A stretch of 64,000 nt of DNA from the NCBI GenBank assembly GCA_963808235.1, contig CAWEEQ010000004.1:256001-320000 (forward strand), given 5' to 3'. This DNA is from an uncultured delta proteobacterium. Its GTDB lineage: Bacteria > Desulfobacterota > Binatia > Binatales > Binataceae. Below, piece after piece: positions 10,144 to 18,300 of this stretch. Made by a program: the position numbers and the translations under genes. Positions within the stretch are counted from its first letter, which is position 1. Each line of letters begins with the position of its first letter. The notes beneath the pieces were generated by a model. That model had not been told where the DNA came from and made no database searches. It saw only the letters and a program-made list of their open reading frames with translations.

Positions 10144-11664
10144 GTTGTTGATCGCGTAGACCGTACCGTCGACGCCGACAATCGTCGGCGTATACGCCTC
10201 GCCGATTCCTGGCGTTAGCGTCACCGACTCCGACAGTGTGTTGGCCGACAGGTTCCAGCGATATAATTTACCGTCTTCACTGTTCACCAGCGCCGAGCCG
10301 GTGGCAGGATCGACCACGCCCGAGTTGATGCACCATTCCTTTACGCCGGGCAGATCGCCGTCCGGCGTCGGTCCCACGATGGTCCGCACTTCGTTCATTA
10401 CGCTCACGCCGGTAATCGGATCGGTTTCGGTCACGTTGGGATCGAGCACCGCGACCTTGTTCATCCCATCTCCGCCAGAATCGGCGTAGTTGTTGTACTT
10501 GGTCATCAGCAGGTAGCTCGAAGGGCCGCTGTACGACGGTATCGTCGAACTCGGCACTATCGAGGCGGTGGTATCGTATCCGAAAGCGCCCGGAATCCCG
10601 GACGCAACCAGGCGATCGCTGAAATGTAACAACCATCCACGATCATGATTTTCGGTGCAGCATGGACTCTCGAGCACGCCATAATAGACGTCGCCATCGG
10701 GACCGACTGTCGGCGACGCCGAGGTATCGTTGGACAACACCGCATCCTGACCCGACTTCGGATCTTTCAGCCGCACTCGAACAATCGGCGCGAGCGTACC
10801 GCTGTCAAGAGCGACCAGGTATCCCGCGTTGCTATTGTTGATCGCAACGTAAAGCGTCTTGAGGTCGGCGCTCAGCGCGGGCGCACAATTGATCACTACG
10901 CCGGTCATAGTCTGGTCGGCGGCGGCCGTAGTCACCGAAATCCAGCTACCGATGCCGTTCGAATCGATGCGGGCGATTCCGCTATGCAACCTTTTCTTGT
11001 GGGCATCGCGCAGGCGCCGATTAGAGTTGTCGAGCACCAGGAAGCCAAAATAGATGTTGCCCGCGGAATCCGTGCTGAGAGGAGTGTCGATCACAATATT
11101 CTGGTCGTACGCCCGCCGATGCTTCCGGTAATTTTTCATTCCGAAGAAAGCGAGTTGCCCCGTGCAATTGGCCGAGCCGGAACACGCCGCATCCGGGCTG
11201 TCGCGAAAATAAACGGTGCCACCAATTCCGGGAAAATAAAGCCGCGGCCGTGAGGTCAGCACCGGGCCAAAAACTGGAGTCACGACCTCGAACGGCGGCA
11301 AAACATAGTCGGTCGGCAGACTCCAGATTAAGCTGCCGTCGGTGCCGTCGCGCGCATCGACGCGGAAGCCTCCCAAAGCGCCGGTCTTCACCGGCACGAT
11401 CACTGTGTTTGCGGCGGTCACAATCGGCGAGCCGTAATGAATCTCCAGTTCGCCGCCAAGTAACTGCGGATCCAGATCCACTGGAGTCGACCAGATAATC
11501 CGGTTCAACGCCTGCGATGCGACCGGCGACTGCGCGCTATGCTGCGGGTCCAGCGCGAATCCGCTCCACTGGGCGATAGCAGGCGCAACAAACAAAAACG
11601 TCGCGGCGATTACGATGGCGATAGTGAGCGGAGTCTCAAACGATGCTCGGCTATCGTGCTTCAT
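10117..11664 (-). CDS. Secreted beta-propeller-like protein
   Basis: Signal peptide ending AIA-QW; repeated SP.V...G.VY and WS-type propeller motifs; ATG 11664 lies just downstream of tRNA-Met. Confidence 0.7.
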   Translation of the reverse strand: MKHDSRASFETPLTIAIVIAATFLFVAPAIAQWSGFALDPQHSAQSPVASQALNRIIWSTPVDLDPQLLGGELEIHYGSPIVTAANTVIVPVKTGALGGFRVDARDGTDGSLIWSLPTDYVLPPFEVVTPVFGPVLTSRPRLYFPGIGGTVYFRDSPDAACSGSANCTGQLAFFGMKNYRKHRRAYDQNIVIDTPLSTDSAGNIYFGFLVLDNSNRRLRDAHKKRLHSGIARIDSNGIGSWISVTTAAADQTMTGVVINCAPALSADLKTLYVAINNSNAGYLVALDSGTLAPIVRVRLKDPKSGQDAVLSNDTSASPTVGPDGDVYYGVLESPCCTENHDRGWLLHFSDRLVASGIPGAFGYDTTASIVPSSTIPSYSGPSSYLLMTKYNNYADSGGDGMNKVAVLDPNVTETDPITGVSVMNEVRTIVGPTPDGDLPGVKEWCINSGVVDPATGSALVNSEDGKLYRWNLSANTLSESVTLTPGIGEAYTPTIVGVDGTVYAINNSTLFAVGN

Positions 11665-11683
11665 GGCGCTCGCGCTACGTGAA

Positions 11684-11760
11684 TGGTGGCGACGGTAGGA
11701 GTCGAACCTACGACACTGCGGATATGAGCCGCATGCTCTGACCAACTGAGCTACGTCGCC
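11684..11760 (-). tRNA. tRNA-Met (CAT), elongator type
   Basis: GGCGACGTAGCTCAGTTGGTCAGAGCATGCGGCTCATATCCGCAGTGTCGTAGGTTCGACTCCTACCGTCGCCACCA; paired G1-C72 and encoded CCA. Confidence 0.93.
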
Positions 11761-11816
11761 ACCGGGAATCGTCAAATGTAGCGTGAGCGTGGAAGGCGCG
11801 AAAGACGTGAAAAATG

Positions 11817-12542
11817 TCAGCGCAGCGGGATCGAGCGCGACTTGACCGCGCGATGCCCGCGCTGGACCTGGTAGAGCACGCCCTCGGTGAACTCGACACA
11901 GGTCAGCTTGCCGCCGTAAACGAGGCCGGTGTCGATGCCGAGTTTGTAGGGCAAATCGATCATCACTCCACGCATCGGCGTGTGGCCGAAAACCACGGTC
12001 GCGTCGATTCTGTGCGGATTGAAGATGAACTCCTGGCGAATCCAGAGCATGTCCTCGGTCGCCTGCTCTTCGAGCTGGCGCAGCGGCTGGATACCCGCGT
12101 GAACAAACAGGTAGGGCGGGCGCAAATAGCTGGTCGCAAGCCGGTCCATAAAGCTCACATGCGTCTCGGGCAAGCGCTCGCACGCGGACTCGAGGTCGTC
12201 TTCATGCACGCCGTAGCTGTCGAGCGTGGCGATGCCGCCGTTGAACAGGAACGACTCGCCGTAATTTCCGGGCATCCCGAGAAACGACAACATCATGTCT
12301 TCGTGATTGCCTTTCAGGAAAATGCACTCCGCGTTGCCGCGTTCGAGATCGAGTGCGAGTTCGACAACGTCGCGCGCCGACGGGCCTCGATCGACGTAAT
12401 CGCCGACGAAGACGACGGTATCGCCTTTAGTCGGCGCGATTGCCTTGAGGATCGCGCCCAATTCGTCGGGGCATCCGTGGATGTCGCCGATCGCGAAGAG
12501 TCGTCCCTCGCCGGGAGTGGTTGATTTTCGATGGACGGTCAT
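11817..12542 (-). CDS. PPP-family metallophosphoesterase (Ser/Thr phosphatase-like)
   Basis: GDIHG, GDYVDRG, GNHE, VHAG, FGHT, IDTG motifs. Confidence 0.92.
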   Translation of the reverse strand: MTVHRKSTTPGEGRLFAIGDIHGCPDELGAILKAIAPTKGDTVVFVGDYVDRGPSARDVVELALDLERGNAECIFLKGNHEDMMLSFLGMPGNYGESFLFNGGIATLDSYGVHEDDLESACERLPETHVSFMDRLATSYLRPPYLFVHAGIQPLRQLEEQATEDMLWIRQEFIFNPHRIDATVVFGHTPMRGVMIDLPYKLGIDTGLVYGGKLTCVEFTEGVLYQVQRGHRAVKSRSIPLR

Positions 12543-13579
12543 CAGACTGGCTTCGCGCTTCCATTGTGAAGCAATTGGATGAGTGCGTTGCGGTCCTCAA
12601 TAATACGACGCGCAGCGCTGTAAGGATTCAGACTGCCCGCGCGGATTTCGCCGATCACGTCGGGCGCGGCGCCTTCGAGCACCGCGCGCGCCGCGCGCTC
12701 TTCGAGTTCCGCGGACAGCACTTCGACGAATTCGCGAGTACGCCGTTGCGCTTCGCGGACAGGATCGGCATGTGCGCGGACGTATTCGCGATGTTTCGCG
12801 ATCGCGCCGACGAGCGAATCGATGCCTTGATCGATAGCAGCTTGCGTCAGGAGCACCGGCGGACGCCATCCTTCGCCCGCGCGTAGATGGACGCTCAGTT
12901 CGAGCTCGGCCTTGATACGATCGGCGCCTTCGCGGTCAGCTTTGTTGACCACGAACACGTCGGCGATTTCGTTGAGCCCGGCCTTCATGACCTGTACGCC
13001 ATCACCAGCCTCAGGGACGGTCACGACAACAGTCGTATCGGCCAGGTCCATAATTGCGAGTTCAGTCTGTCCGACGCCAACCGTTTCGATGATGATCACG
13101 TCACTGCCGTACGCGTCGAGCAACTTTACGATTTCGCGAGCGGCCCGGCTCAGTCCGCCGTGGCTGCCGCGCGACGCGAGGCTGCGAATATAGACGCCCG
13201 CGTCCTTATAGTGATCGGTCATGCGGACCCGATCCCCAAGCACGGCGCCGCCGGAAAATGGACTCGACGGATCGATCGCCAGGATGGCAATTTTCTTACC
13301 GAGTGCGCGGTACTTCGCGATGAGCCGATTGACGATGGTGGATTTGCCGGCGCCTGGAGGGCCGGTTATGCCCACCACTTGCGCACGTCCGGTCCGCGGA
13401 TAGATTCGCTCTATGATCGCGCTGGTTTCGGGCGCGCGATTTTCGACCATCGTGATGAGTTGCGCCAACGCCCGCATCTCACCCGCGTCGAAGCGCTTGA
13501 GAACGGCGTCGAGGCGCGCATCGCGGGTCACCGGGGACCCATCGGCCCTGGCGGAATTGTGTTGAGATTCTAGAGGCAT
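12542..13579 (-). CDS. meaB: Methylmalonyl-CoA mutase-associated GTPase MeaB/ArgK
   Basis: GITGPPGAGKST, DPSSPFSGGAVLGDRVRM, ETVGVGQ, NKAD; start estimated. Confidence 0.9.
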   Translation of the reverse strand: MPLESQHNSARADGSPVTRDARLDAVLKRFDAGEMRALAQLITMVENRAPETSAIIERIYPRTGRAQVVGITGPPGAGKSTIVNRLIAKYRALGKKIAILAIDPSSPFSGGAVLGDRVRMTDHYKDAGVYIRSLASRGSHGGLSRAAREIVKLLDAYGSDVIIIETVGVGQTELAIMDLADTTVVVTVPEAGDGVQVMKAGLNEIADVFVVNKADREGADRIKAELELSVHLRAGEGWRPPVLLTQAAIDQGIDSLVGAIAKHREYVRAHADPVREAQRRTREFVEVLSAELEERAARAVLEGAAPDVIGEIRAGSLNPYSAARRIIEDRNALIQLLHNGSAKPV

Positions 13580-13691
13580 ACCAGTTGGTATCGTAATGAT
13601 AGCGGCTTGCGATCGGACCGCGCAACAAAACTTCCGCAGCGGCCAGATTGCAGCGCGAATGGTGCTGTTTTTCGGCTGGGGCGCACTGAAT

Positions 13692-14480
13692 CTAGAACGG
13701 CCACTTGAGCCTGGGTGACATATCCAAACCCTCGCGATCGATCCATTCGACCACGCCTCGCCAATGGCGCTCGAGGATAAGCGCAACCCGTGCGGTATCC
13801 GCGAGCTCTCCTGACATCACCAGCCGGCAGAGTTCGTCGTGCCCATCGGGGCGCCCGATTAGCTGCATCGACTCCGCCAGATCAAGCCCGGCTGCCGTGT
13901 AGATTTTGCGACGGGCAAGGCCGAGCAACAAAGCGCTCATGAGAGCGACTCGGCAAGCCCGCGACGCAAGCTTGGAAAAATCGCCGGTGGATGCCGCGTT
14001 TCGCACCTTACCCATTCCCTCGTACAGTTCATCAACTATGATGCCTCGCTGAACCTCGGCGAACGTCTCATCAGGATGCGCAAACACAAGTTCGCGCAAC
14101 TCGTCGAAGAATCGCTCATCACCCCGAAGATGGCGTGGATACGCGAATTGCGCATGCGTGACGGACCATCCTTCATCGACCACGGCAGCCTTGTGGCGGA
14201 TGACGTCCTCTCCGAACAGTTCGACCTCGGCTTTGCCATCGCCGTGAACCCACTCGAACCGGCGGTCTTCTCCGGGTCGATCGATCACGCAGAACATTTC
14301 GATATCTGAGTAAGCTCCGTCCGCGCCGCGTCCAGTCGAGCCATACAGTCCGATGGCTACGACATGACCGCGATGGACATCGAGCAATCGCCTGACGATT
14401 GAATCGACCACAGCAAGCCGCTGAGCCTGCGACACTGCTCGTGGACCGGCTGCGAATTGAGGAGGCGTTTTGACGGCCAT
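13692..14480 (-). CDS. Aminoglycoside nucleotidyltransferase, ANT(4')-I/KNTase-like
   Basis: AIGLYGSTGRGADGAYSDIEMFCV, W..TH.QF, IVDELYE..GK.RN, LC.LVMSG.L.D and terminal PF, collinear with staphylococcal KNTase as recalled. Confidence 0.85.
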   Translation of the reverse strand: MAVKTPPQFAAGPRAVSQAQRLAVVDSIVRRLLDVHRGHVVAIGLYGSTGRGADGAYSDIEMFCVIDRPGEDRRFEWVHGDGKAEVELFGEDVIRHKAAVVDEGWSVTHAQFAYPRHLRGDERFFDELRELVFAHPDETFAEVQRGIIVDELYEGMGKVRNAASTGDFSKLASRACRVALMSALLLGLARRKIYTAAGLDLAESMQLIGRPDGHDELCRLVMSGELADTARVALILERHWRGVVEWIDREGLDMSPRLKWPF

Positions 14481-14693
14481 TATCTGGTGACTTCTCGAAA
14501 CATTGTGGTGCCGGAAACCGATTCTACGTGACAAATCCCATCGTATAGAAATGCTCGCGGTCTACTTCGGGGAAGCAGCGCGACCGATCACGACTGATAA
14601 AATTACGTGCGCTCGTTCATTTCGGCCTTGTGCAAATTGCATCGCGGACCGCATTGTTTTCCCTCCGTGCGAGCCTTAGTCTTCAAACACAGA

Positions 14694-15107
14694 ATGAAGC
14701 TTCCCGACATTTATACTGACTGGAAAATCGTGACTGGAATCGCGCTCGTCATGCTTGGCGCCGGCAATTGGGTGCTCGGGATCGAGAGGACTCAAATCTA
14801 CAGCCGGATGGTGGCGGCGCGAGCGCATCCGGCGGCGGCGACCGACTACTTCGACGAACTGGACGCGGGTGCTGGCGGCGCGGTGCTTGAACCACTCACT
14901 GCTGAGGAAAGGCAGGCTTCGTACGCGACGGCCAGGATGGATTTCTACCATGCCGCGTTTCTGACCGGACGCGTGATGGTGCTGCTCGGACTGGTATGCA
15001 CGTTGTGGGGCTTTATCAGCGTGATTCAGCAGGATTCGCGTCGAGCGTTTCGACGCCCGGAGGAAGCCGGACCTGCGCCGCGACCGTCCGGCTCCCCGCG
15101 CAGTTGA
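14694..15107 (+). CDS. Hypothetical membrane protein (2 TM)
   Basis: Two hydrophobic segments; directly upstream of ispE. Confidence 0.65.
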   Translation: MKLPDIYTDWKIVTGIALVMLGAGNWVLGIERTQIYSRMVAARAHPAAATDYFDELDAGAGGAVLEPLTAEERQASYATARMDFYHAAFLTGRVMVLLGLVCTLWGFISVIQQDSRRAFRRPEEAGPAPRPSGSPRS

Positions 15108-15128
15108 TCGAGCGGCGCGACTACTCAA

Positions 15129-16055
15129 TTGCCTGACTCCGGCGAAATCGATCCTTCGGCAGTGAAGATAATTGAGGAGCGCGCGTGCGCGAAGATAAAC
15201 CTGTTCTTGCGCGTGACCGGGCGGCGCTCCGACGGTTATCACGAACTCGATTCGGTGTTTCTGCCGATTTCGCTTGCCGATGAAATTCGGCTCGAAGTTC
15301 GGAGATCCGAAGAAGTGTCGATCCGGCTTAACTGCGACGCGCCCGCACTCGGCTCGAGCGCGAGCAACTTGGCATCGCGCGCGGCGCGCGCGTTCATGAG
15401 TGAATTCGAGGTGGCGGCGCAAGTTCAAATCGACCTGCGCAAACGCGTCCCCGTGGCTGCCGGATTGGGCGGCGGATCGAGCGACGCCGGCACCGTGTTG
15501 CGCATGCTCGCGACCGCGGCTGGAATCGAGGACGAAGAGGACTGGAGCAGAATGCGTCGTCTCGCGCTGTCGCTCGGAGCGGACGTGCCGTTTTTTTTGG
15601 ATCCCCGACCGGCACGAGTAAAGGGAATCGGCGAGCTGATCGCGCCAATGCCGGCTGCACCGGCCCTTCCGATCGTGATAGCGGTGCCGCCGTTCGAGGT
15701 GCCGACGGCCGCGATTTTTCGCGCGCTCCGGCCCGAAGACTGGAGCGGACGAGCGCCCGACTCCGATATCGACGCGATCGCGCGCGGAGAAATCTCACCC
15801 GCGATTGCCATCAACGATCTTGCGGCGGCCGCGATCGCCCAATTTCCCGAAATCCGCAGACTTAAAGGATTACTTGAAGAGTTGGGAGCGCGCGCGGCCC
15901 AGATGTCGGGCAGCGGCGGGGCGGTTTTCGGAGTGTTCGCGTCAACCGAAGAAGCGGGGCAGGCGGCGGAGAAGGTGAAGAAGCGGGCGCCGTTTGCCAC
16001 CGTGCTCGCGGCGACGACGCTCGATGGAAGAGCTCTGGAAGAGCTTAGGAATTGA
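15129..16055 (+). CDS. ispE: 4-diphosphocytidyl-2-C-methyl-D-erythritol kinase
   Basis: AKINLFL, GYHELDS, GLGGGSSDA, GADVPFF, MSGSG; start may be GTG 15162. Confidence 0.95.
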   Translation: MPDSGEIDPSAVKIIEERACAKINLFLRVTGRRSDGYHELDSVFLPISLADEIRLEVRRSEEVSIRLNCDAPALGSSASNLASRAARAFMSEFEVAAQVQIDLRKRVPVAAGLGGGSSDAGTVLRMLATAAGIEDEEDWSRMRRLALSLGADVPFFLDPRPARVKGIGELIAPMPAAPALPIVIAVPPFEVPTAAIFRALRPEDWSGRAPDSDIDAIARGEISPAIAINDLAAAAIAQFPEIRRLKGLLEELGARAAQMSGSGGAVFGVFASTEEAGQAAEKVKKRAPFATVLAATTLDGRALEELRN

Positions 16056-16096
16056 GCGTTAATGCACAGCCTGTGCATGATCGCCCGCAGCGCGCA

Positions 16097-16125
16097 TTGA
16101 CAGCCAAAAACAGCATCAATAACAT
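16097..16125 (+). promoter_or_regulatory. Sigma70 promoter for the tRNA-Gln-prs-rplY unit
   Basis: TTGACA-N17-TAACAT. Confidence 0.75.
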
Positions 16126-16131
16126 CGCAAT

Positions 16132-16352
16132 CCCCGCACACGACTGCAGGTTCAAGGTTTAAGGCCAAGGTTTAAGGCAGTGTTCGCTGCGAGCAGTGGT
16201 GCGGTGTAGATCGCAGCGGCCAAGTCCGCAAGGGCAGTCCGGAAAGTTCGACGGTTCACGACGTGCCCGTTTAAGGCAGACGGGCGGGCTGTCATTATTG
16301 ATTGGCGAGAGAAGGAAGCAAAGCTCAGCTCAAGCCTTCGAATCTTGAGCGC
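16132..16352 (+). ncRNA. Candidate structured leader/ncRNA with AAGG repeats (no family recognised)
   Basis: Several stems, a GNRA tetraloop and a 13-bp tandem repeat between the promoter and tRNA-Gln. Confidence 0.4.
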
Positions 16353-16354
16353 GC

Positions 16355-16430
16355 TGGGCGGTCGCCAAGCTGGTAAGGCACCAGGCTTTGGACCTGGCAT
16401 TCGAAGGTTCGAATCCTTCCCGCCCAGCCA
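16355..16430 (+). tRNA. tRNA-Gln (TTG)
   Basis: TGGGCGG...CCAGG-CTTTGGA-CCTGG...GTTCGAATC...CCGCCCAGCCA; usual ispE-tRNAGln-prs context. Confidence 0.96.
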
Positions 16431-16478
16431 GATAAACCGGGCACGGAGTTTGTGAATCGCGATTCGGGAGAATTGAAT

Positions 16479-17438
16479 ATGTCGGACAGGGTCAAAGACC
16501 AACTCGAAGTATTCACCGGGAATTCCAACCCCGTGCTCGCCAAAGAAGTTACCGAGCATCTCGGGGTGAAGATGGGTGAGGCTGAAGTTGGCCGTTTTCC
16601 CGACGGCGAAGTGATGGTTGAGATTCGCGAGAACGTGCGCGGCGGCGACTGCTTCGTGATCCAGTCGATCTGCACGCCGCCCAACGAAAACCTGATGGAA
16701 CTGCTGCTCATGACCGATGCGCTCAGGCGCGCGTCGGCGGGCCGGATCACGGTTGTGATCCCGTATTTCGGCTATGCGCGCCAGGATCGCAAAGTCGCGC
16801 CGCGAGTGCCGATCAGCGCAAAGGTCGTCGCCGACCTGATCACGACCGCCGGCGCGCATCGCGTGCTCACGGTCGATCTGCACGCGGGACAAATCCAGGG
16901 ATTTTTCAATATCCCCGTCGACAACTTGTTCGCGATGCCGGTGCTGGTGAGTTACCTGCGCAAGCGAGTCGAAGGGAAACAGATCTCGGTGGTGTCGCCC
17001 GATGCGGGCGGCGTCGAGCGAGCGCGTGCGTTTGCGCGGCGGCTCAATGCGAACCTGGCGATCATCGACAAGCGTCGTCGCCGCGCCAGCGAGGTCGCCG
17101 AGATGCAGCTGGTCGGCGAAGTCAAGGACTCAATCGCGCTGTTGGTTGACGATATGATCGACACGGCCGGCACGATCACCGAGGCGGCGAAGGTTGTCGC
17201 CAATGCGGGCGCGTCGGAAGTAATCGCAGTCGCGACGCATCCGATCTTGTCGGATCCGGCGTGCGACCGTCTGAACAAATCAAACATCAAGGAAATTGTT
17301 ACGACTAACAGCATTCCGCTTCGCGCGAAGACCCAGGCGGAGCTCTCCGGCGTCAAGGTGCTCTCGGTGGCGAGCCTGCTGGCGGAAGCGATGAAGCGGA
17401 TTCATAATGAGGAATCGGTGAGCTCGCTCTTCACCTGA
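16479..17438 (+). CDS. prs: Ribose-phosphate pyrophosphokinase
   Basis: FPDGE, PYFGYARQDRK, VSPDAGG, VDDMIDTAGT. Confidence 0.97.
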   Translation: MSDRVKDQLEVFTGNSNPVLAKEVTEHLGVKMGEAEVGRFPDGEVMVEIRENVRGGDCFVIQSICTPPNENLMELLLMTDALRRASAGRITVVIPYFGYARQDRKVAPRVPISAKVVADLITTAGAHRVLTVDLHAGQIQGFFNIPVDNLFAMPVLVSYLRKRVEGKQISVVSPDAGGVERARAFARRLNANLAIIDKRRRRASEVAEMQLVGEVKDSIALLVDDMIDTAGTITEAAKVVANAGASEVIAVATHPILSDPACDRLNKSNIKEIVTTNSIPLRAKTQAELSGVKVLSVASLLAEAMKRIHNEESVSSLFT

Positions 17439-17467
17439 GGGCGCGCGAATCATGAAGCGAGGACACA

Positions 17468-18211
17468 ATGGAGACCGGTGAACTTTCCTGCGAGAAACGC
17501 GCGACCCGCCCCAAGGGCCGCAACAACGCGCTTAGACGGCAAGGCCGCATTCCCGCAATTTTGTACGGGCCGACTACCGCGCCGACCGCGCTGGCGATCG
17601 ATCGCCTCGAGCTGAAGGCTAGAGTTTCAGCGGCCGCGCACACTCGAATCATCAAGCTCAAATCGAGCACCGCAGAGCTCGACGGCAAGCACGTCATCTT
17701 TAAGGACGTGCAGCGCGCGCCGGTATCCGGCGAAATCCTGCATGCGGATCTTTACGAAGTCGATCTGAATCGCCCGATTCGCGTCGAAGTGGCCCTCAAG
17801 TTCACTGGCAAGGCGATCGGCGTCGCCAACGGCGGAATCCTGTCGCCGCTCGAGCGTACCGCGACGGTCGAATGCCTGCCGCTGGAGATTCCCGATTCGA
17901 TCGAGGTGGACGTCACCAACGTCGACATCCATGACGTGATTCATATCTCATCGGTGAACTTCGTCGGAAAAGTGAAGCCGATTTTCGACACCGATTATCC
18001 GGTCGTTACCGTCCTGCCGCCTACGGTTGCCGAGGTTGCAGTGGTTGCGGCGCCGGAAGCAGTCGAAGGCGCGCCGGTCGAAGGTGCTGCGCCCGCCGAA
18101 GGGGCAGCGGCAGCGCCCGCGGCCGAAGGTGCAGCTGCCAAGGAAGCTGGCGGCGACAAGGAAAAGGGTGGCAAGAAGCCGGAAGCGGCCGAAGAGAAAA
18201 AGAAGAAGTAG
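17468..18211 (+). CDS. rplY: 50S ribosomal protein L25/Ctc
   Basis: LRRQGRIPAILYG, ILHADL, Ctc beta-domain, Ala/Glu/Lys-rich tail; follows prs. Confidence 0.95.
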   Translation: METGELSCEKRATRPKGRNNALRRQGRIPAILYGPTTAPTALAIDRLELKARVSAAAHTRIIKLKSSTAELDGKHVIFKDVQRAPVSGEILHADLYEVDLNRPIRVEVALKFTGKAIGVANGGILSPLERTATVECLPLEIPDSIEVDVTNVDIHDVIHISSVNFVGKVKPIFDTDYPVVTVLPPTVAEVAVVAAPEAVEGAPVEGAAPAEGAAAAPAAEGAAAKEAGGDKEKGGKKPEAAEEKKKK

Positions 18212-18300
18212 TTCGCAGACGCGCGCATTGTTCGCGCGTCGCTTTTGCGGGGAATGGTCCGCCCACAAGCTGGGCGGGCGGGGTGCGGGATGGGGGCGCT

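Noticed and set aside
11665-12183. 688-aa ORF reading through tRNA-Met and the phosphatase gene
   Set aside because: The extension overlaps a tRNA and another CDS; the signal peptide begins at ATG 11664.
16153-16279. GTTTAAGGC repeats as a mini-CRISPR
   Set aside because: The repeats are too short and irregularly spaced, with no spacers or cas genes; treated as an RNA motif instead.
18040-18211. Repeated GAAGG units in the rplY 3' end
   Set aside because: They encode the usual low-complexity Ala/Glu/Pro tail of L25/Ctc.
18212-18300. pth missing after prs-rplY
   Set aside because: An ordinary gene-order rearrangement; pth is probably elsewhere and this cannot be judged from the window.
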